The notes under the pieces were generated by a model. It was not told the DNA's origin. It searched no databases and worked only from the letters and a program-made list of their open reading frames with translations. This document shows positions 52,829 to 64,000 of a stretch of DNA of 64,000 nt, in pieces (the first letter of the stretch is position 1; the number at the start of each line of letters is the position of its first letter). The position numbers and the translations under genes are program-made. This DNA comes from Hypanus sabinus (Eukaryota): the NCBI RefSeq assembly GCF_030144855.1, contig NC_082736.1, forward strand, positions 7,750,001 to 7,814,000, given 5' to 3'.

Positions 52829-53305
52829 GAGAGTGACAGGAACAGAATGAACCCCACACTCTCACACTGTACCAGAGACAGACAGATACAGAATGAACCC
52901 CACACTCTCACACAGTCCCAGAGACTGACAGGTACAGAATGAACCCCACACTCTCACACTGTACCAGAGACTGACAGGTACAGAATGAACCCCACACTCT
53001 CACACTGTACCAGAGACAGACAGATACAGAATGAACCCCACACTCTCACACAGTACCAGAGACTGACAGGTACAGAATGAGCCCCACATACTCACACTGT
53101 ACTAGAGACTGACAGGTACAGAATGAACACCACACTCTCACACTGTACCAGAGACTGACAGGTACAGAATGTACCCCACACTCTCACACTGTACCAGAGA
53201 GTGACAGGGACAGAATGAACCCCACAGTTTCACACTGTACCAGAGACTGACAGGTACAGAATGAACCCCACACTCTGACACTGTACCAGAGACTGACAGG
53301 GACAG
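52829..53305 (+). repeat. Short array of the same 46-bp satellite (about 10 units)
   Basis: Same consensus and orientation as 8050-16400. Confidence 0.95.
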
Positions 53306-53779
53306 ACATTTTGTTCTTTAATAAACCTGGAGAACCCACATCGCAACTCAGTACAGCACCACTTTGACCACTTTACACAGCAATGGACTGTCTTGAGATT
53401 CTTGCTCAAATTCTCTTCTATCTATAAATCTGTACAGTATGTTTATATTTTGTGAATGTTGTGTCTCCGATATGACTATAAACTCGACTTTCAACCTCAC
53501 TCAGAAATAGGTCTCTCATGACAATTTGACCTTCGATCTCCTGCTGCCCTGTTTCTTTACATAAACGTTTCATATTATCAAGTTTGTGTTTTTCTCATTC
53601 CATCTGCTTTTCCAGCCGACACCATAGGTCGAATGGCCGAATACTGCGCCTGTACTTTATGCTCCATTTTGTATGTTAGATTTCCTTCCTGCCGAATGAA
53701 CTGGCAGCGGCAACTCACCAGATCAGCGCCATTCCCAGTCCACGGTGTTAGCCGAAACGACAATGGGTCGCGGAGAGAG

Positions 53780-53918
53780 AGTTCTGATTGTTTGAACGTG
53801 TTCTACAGATATCCAGTGAAATGAATTGACTGCATGTATCTTTTCTTCGAATAGCCATTGGGAATCCAAAGCATTCCCATCGCATATTAGCATACTGATC
53901 TGGGTGCTGCCTATTTAA
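53780..53918 (+). promoter_or_regulatory. H2B promoter
   Basis: Octamer-like ATTAGCAT (53886-53893), TATTTAA (53912-53918). Confidence 0.7.
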
Positions 53919-53971
53919 CTTGTGCTCCCAGCCGATTCCGCTTATTTCTGAGTCCAAAACGGTCAGAGGAG

Positions 53972-54346
53972 ATGCCTGAGCCAGGGAAATCCGCTCCGAA
54001 GAAGGGCGGCAGGAAAGCTTTGCCCAAACCAGCGGGTAAGGCAGGGAAGAAACGCAAGAGGCTGAGGAAGGAGAGTTACGCCATCTACATCTACAAAGTG
54101 ATGAAGCAGGTTCACCCCGATACCGGCATCTCCTCCAGGGCCATGAGCATCATGAACTCGTTCGTCAACGATATCTTCGAGCGAATCGGGGGTGAGGCTT
54201 CCCGCCTGGCCCACTACAACAAGCGGTCCACCATCAGCTCCCGGGAGATCCAGACCGCCGTGCGCCTGCTGCTGCCCGGGGAGCTGGCCAAGCACGCCGT
54301 GTCCGAAGGGACAAAGGCGGTGACCAAGTACACCAGTTCCAAGTGA
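53972..54346 (+). CDS. H2B: Histone H2B, 124 aa, distinct N-terminal tail
   Basis: [36 protein letters not shown]...KYTSSK. Confidence 0.98.
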   Translation: MPEPGKSAPKKGGRKALPKPAGKAGKKRKRLRKESYAIYIYKVMKQVHPDTGISSRAMSIMNSFVNDIFERIGGEASRLAHYNKRSTISSREIQTAVRLLLPGELAKHAVSEGTKAVTKYTSSK

Positions 54347-54377
54347 AGCTCCCCAGTGAGATGATCGAAAACACAAC

Positions 54378-54393
54378 GGCTCTTTTAAGAGCC
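54378..54393 (+). terminator. Histone 3' stem-loop of H2B
   Basis: GGCTCTTTTAAGAGCC. Confidence 0.95.
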
Positions 54394-55189
54394 ACTCAGA
54401 ATTTCAATGTAAGAGTTGTACTAGCTTTTAGGTAATAAATTACACATACTTTATGTCTGGTGACTTTTTACAAGAGCTAGATCGCGATTGGAACAACATC
54501 CTACTGAACTGCGAAGACATTGTTACCACCTCCCCCCCCCACTTCCCCATCGGTCCGCCCACTCGATATCCATGCCAAGCAGAGGATTGCTGCCGTTGTT
54601 GTTTTATTTGTGGCTTCAGGGGTTTATTGGTTCCAGTTGGGTAACTCCTGAATCTCATTTCAACTCGAGCCTGAAAGACCCCATGACTCTTTCATATGGA
54701 GAAGAGTCGACAGTGCTTCTGCTTATAGATGCTGCCTGGCCTGCTGGGTTCCACCAGCATTTTGTGTGTGTTTGAATTTCCAGCATCTGCAGATTTCCTC
54801 GTGATGGCTATTTCATATAATAACTTTATAAAATTACAGACTAGTCGCTGGTCAAATTTGAGAAGAGCTGTTTTCCATAACGTGATAACATTCACACAGT
54901 GACCGACCGCGGGCAGAAGCTGAGGGTCAGTTCTATTCAGTTCCGTTACGGGTTGAAAGAAATTAAAGAATTGAGTTCCCAGACACTCCAATATCAACTA
55001 CACTTAAATCAAATGTGCCCAGTTTCAGTAACAGAGGGAAATGCGAAGACCCAATCTTAAAACAGAACGGCAATTATTTAACTTGAAATTAAATTTGAAC
55101 AATAGATTTACTTTTTGGCGGGCTTTTTTCCAGATTTCAGTGCACTTTGGGGAGGAGACGGTTTTTCCGCGCTTCTATCTTCACGGACT

Positions 55190-55303
55190 GCTGATTGGTG
55201 ATTATGGCAGTTCTTCGATTGGAGCATTTCTCTTCACCAATGAGAATAAGCAGGATCACACCAATCACAAACATCAGTTTGCATTCGCAAAGAGTCTATA
55301 AAA
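55190..55303 (+). promoter_or_regulatory. H2A promoter
   Basis: Two ATTGG and two CCAAT boxes, GTTTGCAT, TATAAAA at 55297-55303. Confidence 0.8.
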
Positions 55304-55346
55304 AGGGCGAGTTGAGGCGGGGTGAACATGCCTTCAATTTCATTAG

Positions 55347-55751
<405 letters not shown>

Positions 55752-55781
55752 AGCGACGTGAGCTGAATCTATTTACCCAAA

Positions 55782-55797
55782 GGCTCTTTTCAGAGCC
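55782..55797 (+). terminator. Histone 3' stem-loop of H2A
   Basis: GGCTCTTTTCAGAGCC. Confidence 0.95.
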
Positions 55798-56314
55798 ATT
55801 CACAATGTCTATGGAAGGGCTGAGCGGCGGGTGCTTTGATATCCTGCATCTGTCAGTGTCTCGACCTGTTTCTTCCGCGAATAAACCGATATAAATCTGC
55901 ACAGAAACCGGTTCGTTTCAGTCCCGGCTCGTTTCCCACTCTCAGCCGACCGAATGTAGCTCTCTCTCCTTGCAGAGAGTCAGCGGGTTCACTAGGCGCA
56001 GAGTCGTGAAATGAACTTCCGGAGTCAGCCCCAGGAGGGAGAATTTAATCTCCGATCACTGAACGACTCCGCTCTTCATCACCTGGAACCGCGTTGTCTG
56101 GGTTCCACATTGCGGGTTGATCCCGGACCGTTACGGTGTGCAGAAGGCGGGAACATCGCCTGTTCGTTGCTTCATGAGCGATTCCCATCGCCTCACAGAA
56201 AAATAACATTTGCGTTTTACATTTCAGAATCGAGTTTATCATCACCGGCATGTGACGTGATATTTGTTAACTTAACAGCAGCAGTTCAATGCAATACATA
56301 ATCTAGCAGAGAGG

Positions 56315-57783
56315 GAAAATAATAATAAATAAAATAACACATAATTAAAAACAAGTAATTCAGTTACATATATTGAATAGATTATTTTAAAAATGTGCAA
56401 AAATAGAGAAACTGTATATTGGAAAAGTGAGGTATTATCCAAAGCTTCAATGTCCATTTAGGAATCGGATGGCAGAGGGGAAGAAGCTGTTCCTGAATCG
56501 CTGAGTGTGCTTTCAGGCTTCTGTATCTCCTACCTGACGGTAACAGTGAGAAAAGGGCATGCCCTGGGTGTTGGAAGTGTTTAATAATGGACGCTGCCTT
56601 TATGAGCACCGCTCCCTAAAGATGTCCTGGGTACTATCAGCAGCTTCTTTCGGTGCTGTGCCGTAGCCCCTCCACACCAGACGGATGCCACCTGTCAGAA
56701 TGCTCTCCGCGTTGCAGCTAAAGAGGTCTTTGAGTGTCAACCAAGGTACATTTACCGTGTGGAACTGACCGTATTTACTGAGAGAAAAAAAAACTCGTCC
56801 ACCCAGGCCTCTGAATATAAATGAACATTTTGCGAAAGACAGGGTCAGTTTGATCAGATCTGCCGAGAGGCTCCCTATGTGAGGCGGTGCGTCGCTCTGA
56901 GTTTGGTTTGTGCCAGGGAGAAAAGGGAGGGGTGGGTGGATCGAGTTCTTCAGCACCGTAGTACCAGTCACTTCTCTCCAAATTCCTGTCTGTCTGAGAC
57001 TTCCCTAAATACCCCTGTGCTCTCTGCCTTTGCCACCACCCCTGACAGTGCGTTCCAAATCCCCATCACTGTTCCCTTCACTTTCTTCCTCTGATCTTAA
57101 ATACATGTCTTTTAGTAGAAGACATTTCCCTCCTGTGAAAAATATTACTGGCTGTTTACACCAAGTATGTTCTGCAAAATTGTATAAATTTCTGTCAGAT
57201 CTCTCCTGAGCTGACGCCTCTCCAGAGGAAAAAGCTCCAGCATGTCGAGCCACTCCTCACCTAATAATAAATAATAAATAAAATAACACATAATTAAAAA
57301 ACAAGTAATTCAGTTACATATATTGAATAGATTATTTTAAAAATGTGCAAAAATAGAGAAACTGTATATTGGAAAAGTGAGGTATTATCCAAAGCTTCAA
57401 TGTCCATTTAGGAATCGGATGGCAGAGGGGAAGAAGCTGTTCCTGAATCGCTGAGTGTGCTTTCAGGCTTCTGTATCTCCTACCTGACGGTAACAGTGAG
57501 AAAAGGGCATGCCCTGGGTGTTGGAAGTCTTTAATAATGGACGCTGCCTTTATGAGCACCGCTCCCTGAAGATGTCCTGGGTACTATCAGCAGCTTCTTT
57601 CGGTGCTGTGCCGTAGCCCCTCCACACCAGACAGATGCCACCTGTCAGAATGCTCTCCGCGGCACAACTATACAGGTCTCTGGCTGTCTACAAAGGTACG
57701 ATTACCCTGTGGAACCGACGGTATTTACTGAAAAAAACACGTCCACCCAGGCCTTTGAATATAAATGAACATTTTGCGAAACA
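56315..57783 (-). repeat. About 520-bp direct duplication of a Rex1-like fragment plus flank (56315-56838 and 57263-57783)
   Basis: Near-identical ORFs 56382-56609 and 57332-57559, 950 bp apart. Confidence 0.9.
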
Positions 57784-58799
57784 GACCCTACTGATTGTCT
57801 TCATGCCAAGGAAACCCATTGATTGATCACCTTCTGACTAAAGAAATTACTCATTTCTATTCTAGGAGGCATCTTTGTATTGAGGGTGTGGTCTGGTTCT
57901 AGATTCTTCCATTATTGGAAACATCCTCTCATATCAACGCTATCTAGCCCTTTCAACATTCAAAGTGTTTCTCTACAAACCTCCCTCATTCTTCCAGATT
58001 CCAGTGAGTACAGGTCCAGATCATCAAACATCCCAGTATTCTTCTAACAAATGCAGTGATATGTAAGCCCCTGACTCTAAGGAAGTCCCAGTCAACATTG
58101 GGGAAATTAGTCACCCACTACAAGGACCCTGTTGCATTTACATTTTTCATTCCCTGCTACATTTCAGTTTCTTTACCTCCTGCTGGCATTTGGGAGGCCT
58201 GTAGCACAACTCCATTGGTGAATGCACCTCTCTTATCCTGAGCTCTATTCACACTGGATAAACCCTCCAGTGTGTTCTCTCTTAGTCCCTCACCCACAAT
58301 TTCATGTAAAGGCTGATCTGTCATCAGCCTCCTCTTGTATGTCGTTCCCACTTCCCTGATTTTATAAACATTTATCTTGCTTCTCTTTAAATCTTTATGG
58401 TCATCCAGCATCTCCACTCCTCTCAGTTAGGGATTCGAGTGTTTGTTATACAGTGTTTTGTTTGTTTTATTGTTTGTGGCCTTGTGGAACAGTGCAGGCA
58501 TGTACTTTGATTTCCTGCAGATCACAATTTTGTGTACCACAGTCATATGATTACGCAAAGGCAGACAGAGTTTAAATGAAGTGAACATGGGGATTTGGCA
58601 CATTTTGCATGTCATCATTCTGAGGGAGACGTTTGATTGTGCATAGTTAGGCACTTAGCCAGATCCAATAAAAAGAAGTTAGATTTAAAGAGAGCGTTAG
58701 CTCATTGTATGAGTGGGCCAGAATTGGAGTGTGGAGTTGAGGCTTTGGCACTTCTGAGAGGTGTAGGCTGGAGGAAGATATGTTTTTCTTTATTCTTTA

Positions 58800-59680
58800 T
58801 TTCTTCTGTATTACACATTTGGAGCAGAAAGGATGCCAGACAAGATTCTGCCTGATATCAGCGTCACAAAATTGGCTTGGTGGAAGGAGACAGAGGGTGG
58901 TCGTGGCAGCTTGTCATTCAGGTTGGAGGCCTCTGACCAGTGACGTTCACAGGGATCCGTTCTGGTACTGTCATTTGTCATCAATGTGAACAGTTTCTCT
59001 GACATTATTGTGAACCTGATTAGTGAGGTTGCAGATGGCAGCAATGTTGTTGGGAGAGTGGGCAGTGAAGATTCTTTGAGAGTAGAATGGGATCAAGATG
59101 ACATGGGGAAGTTGGCCAAAGAATGGCAGATTGATGTTGATGTGGACAAGTGTGAGCTCCTGCATTTTGAGAAGTCCAACCAGGGAAGCAGCTGCACAGT
59201 AAATTCTTGTTCCTTGGAGAGTATTGCAGAGACAGCATCCATGGAATACAGGAACAACATTCACTGAAAGTGACAACACAGGTAGTCAGGATGGTGAAGA
59301 TGATGTTTGGCCTATTTATCTTCATTGGTCAGGGAACCAATCTTCATTGTTACAGGATTTGGGATGTCATCATCAAAGTGAGATTGCACTGTATTGTGCA
59401 CAGTTCTAGTCACCCAGCTACAGGAAGGATGTCATGAAGCTGGAAAGTGTGGAGGGAGGTTTGATGAGGGTGTTACTGACACTGGAGGATTTGAATTATT
59501 AGCAGAAGTATGGACAGACTGGGACTCTCTTTCTCACCAGAGAGATTAAGGAGCTGTCTGGTGACCATCCAAAGGTTTACAAAATCAGTAGGCAATCACT
59601 CTTTGTGTCAGGGTAGGGCAGCATACATTTACAAAACAATTGTTTAAGGTGAAGGGGAAACATTTAAAGGCTACTTGACT
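58800..59680 (+). mobile_element. Old CR1 RT/3' fragment
   Basis: QNWLGGRRQRVVV, EWQIDVDVDKCELLHF. Confidence 0.7.
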
Positions 59681-60376
59681 GGTGGGGGGATGTTGCATGT
59701 TTGATTAAGGAGAACAACACAACAGTAATTAGTGAGGGATGATGAGGTCTTGTAAGTAGAGATTTTAAATAAAATGATGAATGGTGATTTTGATGGGATT
59801 ACACTGCTGGCCTCCCAATAGGCTCAGATATTGAGGAGCAGACATGTTGGTAAATCATACAGAGACATAATGGGAACAGGCTTACAGCAGCCGGGCATTT
59901 TGACTCCCCTGCATTAACCAGATTACCTTTGTATGAAAAGCTTGAGTTTCCAGGAGTAATTTGGCAGATGCAGGATCAGTTCATCCCTCAGCAGAAACAA
60001 TATTTGAAAGGGAGAATGAGGCAACCATCACCAACAACGGAAGATAAAAGCAGCATAAAGGAACATGAGAGAGCAGAGAATATCACAAAAGTTAGCGGGA
60101 AGCTAAAGGATTAGAGGACTTAAAAAGAACAGAAGGGAACTAAATAGCAATATGGAGAGAACAGATGAATTATTAAAGTGACTGGCCAATAGTATAAAGG
60201 GGAATAAGGATTTCTTTCGGGTAGTTAAAGAGTAAAAGAGGCAAGAATGGATCAGGTTTCAGGTTTCCCATTCTCAGCGTTGGAATCGCATCCCTCCCTG
60301 AGCCTCTTTTGCACTGTTTAGTTTAGCACAGCGTGATAAATGCATTTCAATGGTGAGGCAGTGCACATTGCAAGAG

Positions 60377-60921
60377 ACAATAGAGAGTAGGCGCAGGAGT
60401 AGGCCATTCGGCCCTTCTGGCCGGCACCGCCAATCACTGTGATCATGGCTGATCAGACACAATCAGTACCCCGTTCCTGCCCTCTCCCTATATCCCTTGT
60501 CCCCACTATCTATAACAGCTCTATCTAACTCTCTCTTGAAAGCATCCAAAGACTTGGCCTCCACTGCCTTCTGGGGCACAGCATTCTGTATATCCACCAC
60601 TGTCTGGGTGAAAAAGTTCTTTCTGCATCTCTGTTCTAAATGGCCTACCACTTATTCGTCAACTGTGGCCTCTAGTTCTGGACTCACCCATCAGCGGGAA
60701 CATGCTTCCTACCTCCACTGTGTCCAATACCTTAATAATCTTATATGTTTCAATCAGATCCCCTCTCATCCTTCTAAATTCCAGTGTATACAAGCCCAGA
60801 CGTTCCAATCTTTCAACATGTGACAGTCCCGCCATTCTGGGAATTAGCCTTGTGAACCCACGATGCACTCCCTCAATAGCAAGAATGTCCTTCCTCAAAT
60901 TTGTTGACCAAAACTGCACAC
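60377..60921 (-). mobile_element. CR1 3' fragment
   Basis: QFWSTNLRKDILAIEGVHRGFTRLIP...ESRTRGHS. Confidence 0.85.
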
Positions 60922-61417
60922 AAAGTCAAACCAGTGTAGAACTTACACTGTGAATGGTCGGTCATTAGGGAGTGTAATGGGCCGGAGAGATTTAGGGGTA
61001 AATCTCTCACACACAGTACATTGAAAGTGGTGTCACTGGTAGACAGGGTGGTGCAGAACGGGGTTTAACATGCTGATCTTCATGAGTCAGGGGACTGAGT
61101 ATATCAGTTGCGATATTATGTTATAGTTGTGTAAGTGACTGGAGGCCACACTTGTATTGTGTACAGCTCTTGTCACCGTTATAGGAAAGGGGGTTAAACT
61201 GGGGAGAGTGTAGAAAAGATTTCCAAGGATGTTTCCCGGACCTGAGGTTCTCAGTTACACAGAGAGTTTGGTCAGACAATGTCCGTTGTCCTTTATTCCT
61301 TGGAACCGGAATCATTTATCACCGTGTTATATGACAAGGAATCTGTCATTTTATTTTGACGGCAGTACAATGCGATGAAGGTGCAGATGTGAACATTGGG
61401 TCAGCATAACGCCAAGA

Positions 61418-61590
61418 GATTCTGGGAATCGCGAACAACGCGGACAAAATGCTGGAGGAACCCAGCAAGTCCGGCAGCATCTCCCACCAGAGTCCTGAGG
61501 AAGGGTCTCAGCCCGAAAAGTCGGCTGTTTATTCCCACCATTGATGCTGCCTGAGTTGCTGATTTCCGTCAGCATTGAGTGTGTATTGTG
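61418..61590. mobile_element. Penelope-derived foldback element containing a minimal hammerhead-like motif
   Basis: CAAAATGCTGGAGGAACCCAGCA...GGCAGCATC / GATGCTGCCTGAGTTGCTGA...CAGCATT arms flanking CTGAGGAAGGGTCTCAGCCCGAAAAGTC. Confidence 0.65.
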
Positions 61591-61990
61591 TCAGAGAGAG
61601 TGAGTTAAAGGAGCGGGCGGCTTAGACCAGTGTCACTGTGTTTGTGAGTCTGAACACATCGTAGGATTTCTCAGCGCCTCCTGTAGAAAATGAAAAGATT
61701 TTTCTGTTACGGAAGCGCCCCACTCCCCAGATCATTCCCGAAGAGGGGATTAACCGCAAAGTTTTAATTCGATTAAATATTTCAGCCATAAAGCAGAGAA
61801 CAGGTCAACGATCGGGAGAGAGAACGCGGGCAATGCAGTAACGAAACGGGTTAAAATAGAAAGCGCTGCCTTTAATCCCGATTAAACTTTCTTTTCAGCG
61901 AACATTCCGGCCTCAGGGACGGACAGGGACTAGTCCGAGTTTCCGCAGTGTCCGATTTCAGTTGGAATCGGTGAGTTTTTGAGGAGAGAG

Positions 61991-62063
61991 AAACACAGAA
62001 AAATGAAGCCGCCGGGAGCTGCCAGCAGGATGTCTCCGCCCCGTCCGCTCGCTGCCTTTAAAT
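61991..62063 (+). promoter_or_regulatory. H1 promoter (H1 box, GC box, TATA-like)
   Basis: AAACACA at 61991-61997, CCGCCC at 62036-62041, TTTAAA near 62057. Confidence 0.8.
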
Positions 62064-62138
62064 GGCTCTGTGCCGCCGCCTTTCGCTTCATTTCTCATTC
62101 AGTTCTGATTGTGAGAAGGATTTACCAGAGTCGCCGAC

Positions 62139-62756
62139 ATGACTGAGACAGCACCCGCCGAAACTGCTCCTCCAGCCGCACCCGCCGCCGCAAAGAAGAC
62201 TCCCAAGAAGAAGGCGGCTGCCCGGAGTAAACCAACCGGTCCCTCGCTGGGCGAACAGATCGATAAGATCGTGGCGGGTTGTCACGATAGGAAGGGTATG
62301 TCCGGTGCGGCCATCATGAAGGCTCTGGCCGACAGCGGTGTCGATGTGGCGAAACGTCGCCACCAGGTCAAAATGAGCATCAAGAGGAAAGTGGAAAGCG
62401 GCTCCTTGGTTCAGGCCAAGGGCTCGGGTATTTCGGGATCCTTTAAATCCGGTAAAGGGAAAACTGCCGTGAAGGTGGTGAAGAAAGCGAACAAGCCAGC
62501 GGCAAAGAAATCTCCAGGCAAGAAGCTTGGCGCCAAGAAACCAGCGGCTAAAAAAGCGGGAGCAAAGAAACCCGCGGCTAAGAAAGCGGCAGCAAAGAAA
62601 CCAGCGACTAAGAAAGCGGGAGGTAAGAAACCCGCGGCTAAGAAAGCGGCGCCGAAGCCCAAGAGCCCCAAGAAAGCCGCAGCCCCGAACACGAAGGCGG
62701 CCAAGAAGCTGAAGTCGAAATCCGCGAAACCCAAGAAGACAGCAGTCAAAAAGTGA
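62139..62756 (+). CDS. H1: Linker histone H1, 205 aa
   Basis: MTETAPAE N-terminus, globular domain ending QAKGSGISGSFK, Lys/Ala/Pro-rich tail with KKPAAKK repeats and SPKK. Confidence 0.96.
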   Translation: MTETAPAETAPPAAPAAAKKTPKKKAAARSKPTGPSLGEQIDKIVAGCHDRKGMSGAAIMKALADSGVDVAKRRHQVKMSIKRKVESGSLVQAKGSGISGSFKSGKGKTAVKVVKKANKPAAKKSPGKKLGAKKPAAKKAGAKKPAAKKAAAKKPATKKAGGKKPAAKKAAPKPKSPKKAAAPNTKAAKKLKSKSAKPKKTAVKK

Positions 62757-62793
62757 ATTGAGAATCCACCATTTGTGTGTATCTGAACCCAAC

Positions 62794-62809
62794 GGCTCTT
62801 CTCAGAGCC
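62794..62809 (+). terminator. Histone 3' stem-loop of H1
   Basis: GGCTCTTCTCAGAGCC + ACCCA; AAAGAGCTG downstream element. Confidence 0.95.
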
Positions 62810-63479
62810 ACCCACATCTCAGAAAAGAGCTGATTCGGAGTGTTGTGATTCCCGCGCCGGGTCCGATTGAGAACTTCTCAATGGAACCCGAGATTGCCGG
62901 TACCTCTGACATTTGGTGCGGTGTCTGAAAGGAAACGTGGATGCCCGAGCTGAGATTGAGAGATAAGGGATGTGGGCAGTTTCAGGCCCAATTCCTTCTC
63001 CGATCTGGGAGAGAGTGACAGACATTGACACCAGCGGATATTCAACTGAGTTGATTGGGTACTGCTGAAACCTACGCGAGAGGGGAGGGGGCGTGTTGAG
63101 AGAGGGATCCGTCTCTGGGACGGACTGCAGCGGGAGGATATATGATAAACTAACCGGTGGCATTGCCGACTGAACTTCATGCAGGCCCCAGCTAAAAAAC
63201 TATATAGTTAATTTACACAAAACACTAATATCAAAAATGTACAAGAGAGTGAAATCTAATTTAAAAAATCACTATTTCCTGGTAGTCACCGCCCCCTGAA
63301 AACCCCCACTCTACCCCTCGCGTCGGCATGCTTCACTCCAATCACAGCGGACACGAACGTATCCCCATGTCCAAAGCAAACAAAACGGTAACAGCCGCAC
63401 CAGCTGTACACGACAGTTTTGTGGGAGAAGTGAAGGGCCGGATGAGACCCTGACAGGGAGGGAAGCGCGCTAATCTCTG

Positions 63480-63655
63480 GATGCATTCAAGAGAGAGTGA
63501 GATAGAGCTCTTATACATAGCGGGGTCAAGGGATTTGGGGAGAGGGCAGTAACCGGGTACTGATTGTATATGATCAGCCATGATCACAGTGAATGGCGGT
63601 GCTGGTTATAAGGGCCGAATGGCCTAATCCTGCACCTACTGTCCATTGTCTATTA
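63480..63655 (+). mobile_element. CR1 3' end
   Basis: GATCAGCCATGATC...GGGCCGAATGGCCTA...CTATT, same family as 60377. Confidence 0.75.
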
Positions 63656-63792
63656 TCTCCTGCCCCTCGCTGAATTACCCTGTCTGCACAGAACTGATGC
63701 TCGAGGTCAATTTGTGCAAAATCGATCGGCAGGGCAGATCGCTACTACAGTAATGATGAGCAAGCTACAGCCCTTTCCTTTGCCGTGGTAGT

Positions 63793-63808
63793 GGCTCTTA
63801 AAAGAGCC
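63793..63808 (-). terminator. Histone 3' stem-loop of H3
   Basis: GGCTCTTTTAAGAGCC. Confidence 0.95.
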
Positions 63809-63837
63809 TTTTCTTGTGTTTGGTGTGTAGGCTGGGC

Positions 63838-64000
<163 letters not shown>

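Noticed and set aside
62088-62815. Long antisense ORFs over H1 (and over H2B and H4)
   Set aside because: Shadow frames of GC-rich biased histone codons

Overview
Eukaryotic, repeat-rich genomic DNA containing part of a dispersed replication-dependent histone gene cluster. The repeat content (CR1, Rex1/L2-like, Penelope-like, Tc1) and the H1/H2B sequences suggest a cartilaginous fish, probably a ray; that assignment is inference. There are eight intronless histone genes, each with the 16-nt 3' stem-loop: H2A and H2B (minus strand, 3.8-5.6 kb), H4 (36.8 kb), H2B (45.6 kb), H2B and H2A (54-55.8 kb), H1 (62.1 kb) and the 3' part of an H3 (window end). Also present: a tRNA-Asp(GTC) with a degenerate acceptor stem, a decayed C2H2 zinc-finger exon, an 8.3-kb 46-bp tandem array with higher-order structure plus a short copy of it, many nested retro/DNA transposon fragments, and a 200-N assembly gap. 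Most notable: (1) the 3-8 kb block is an inverted paralog of 40.5-57 kb, and its H2B has the promoter/N-terminus of one right-hand H2B and the 3' flank of the other; (2) H2B and H2A are tandem rather than divergent, and the free back side of the 54-kb H2B promoter shows splice signals that could link it to a zinc-finger exon; (3) an H4 with E52Q/R55C; (4) orphan H2A and H4 upstream modules marking probable lost genes; (5) minimal hammerhead-ribozyme-like motifs in Penelope-derived foldback elements. No clearly new biological system can be established from sequence alone; these are testable candidates.
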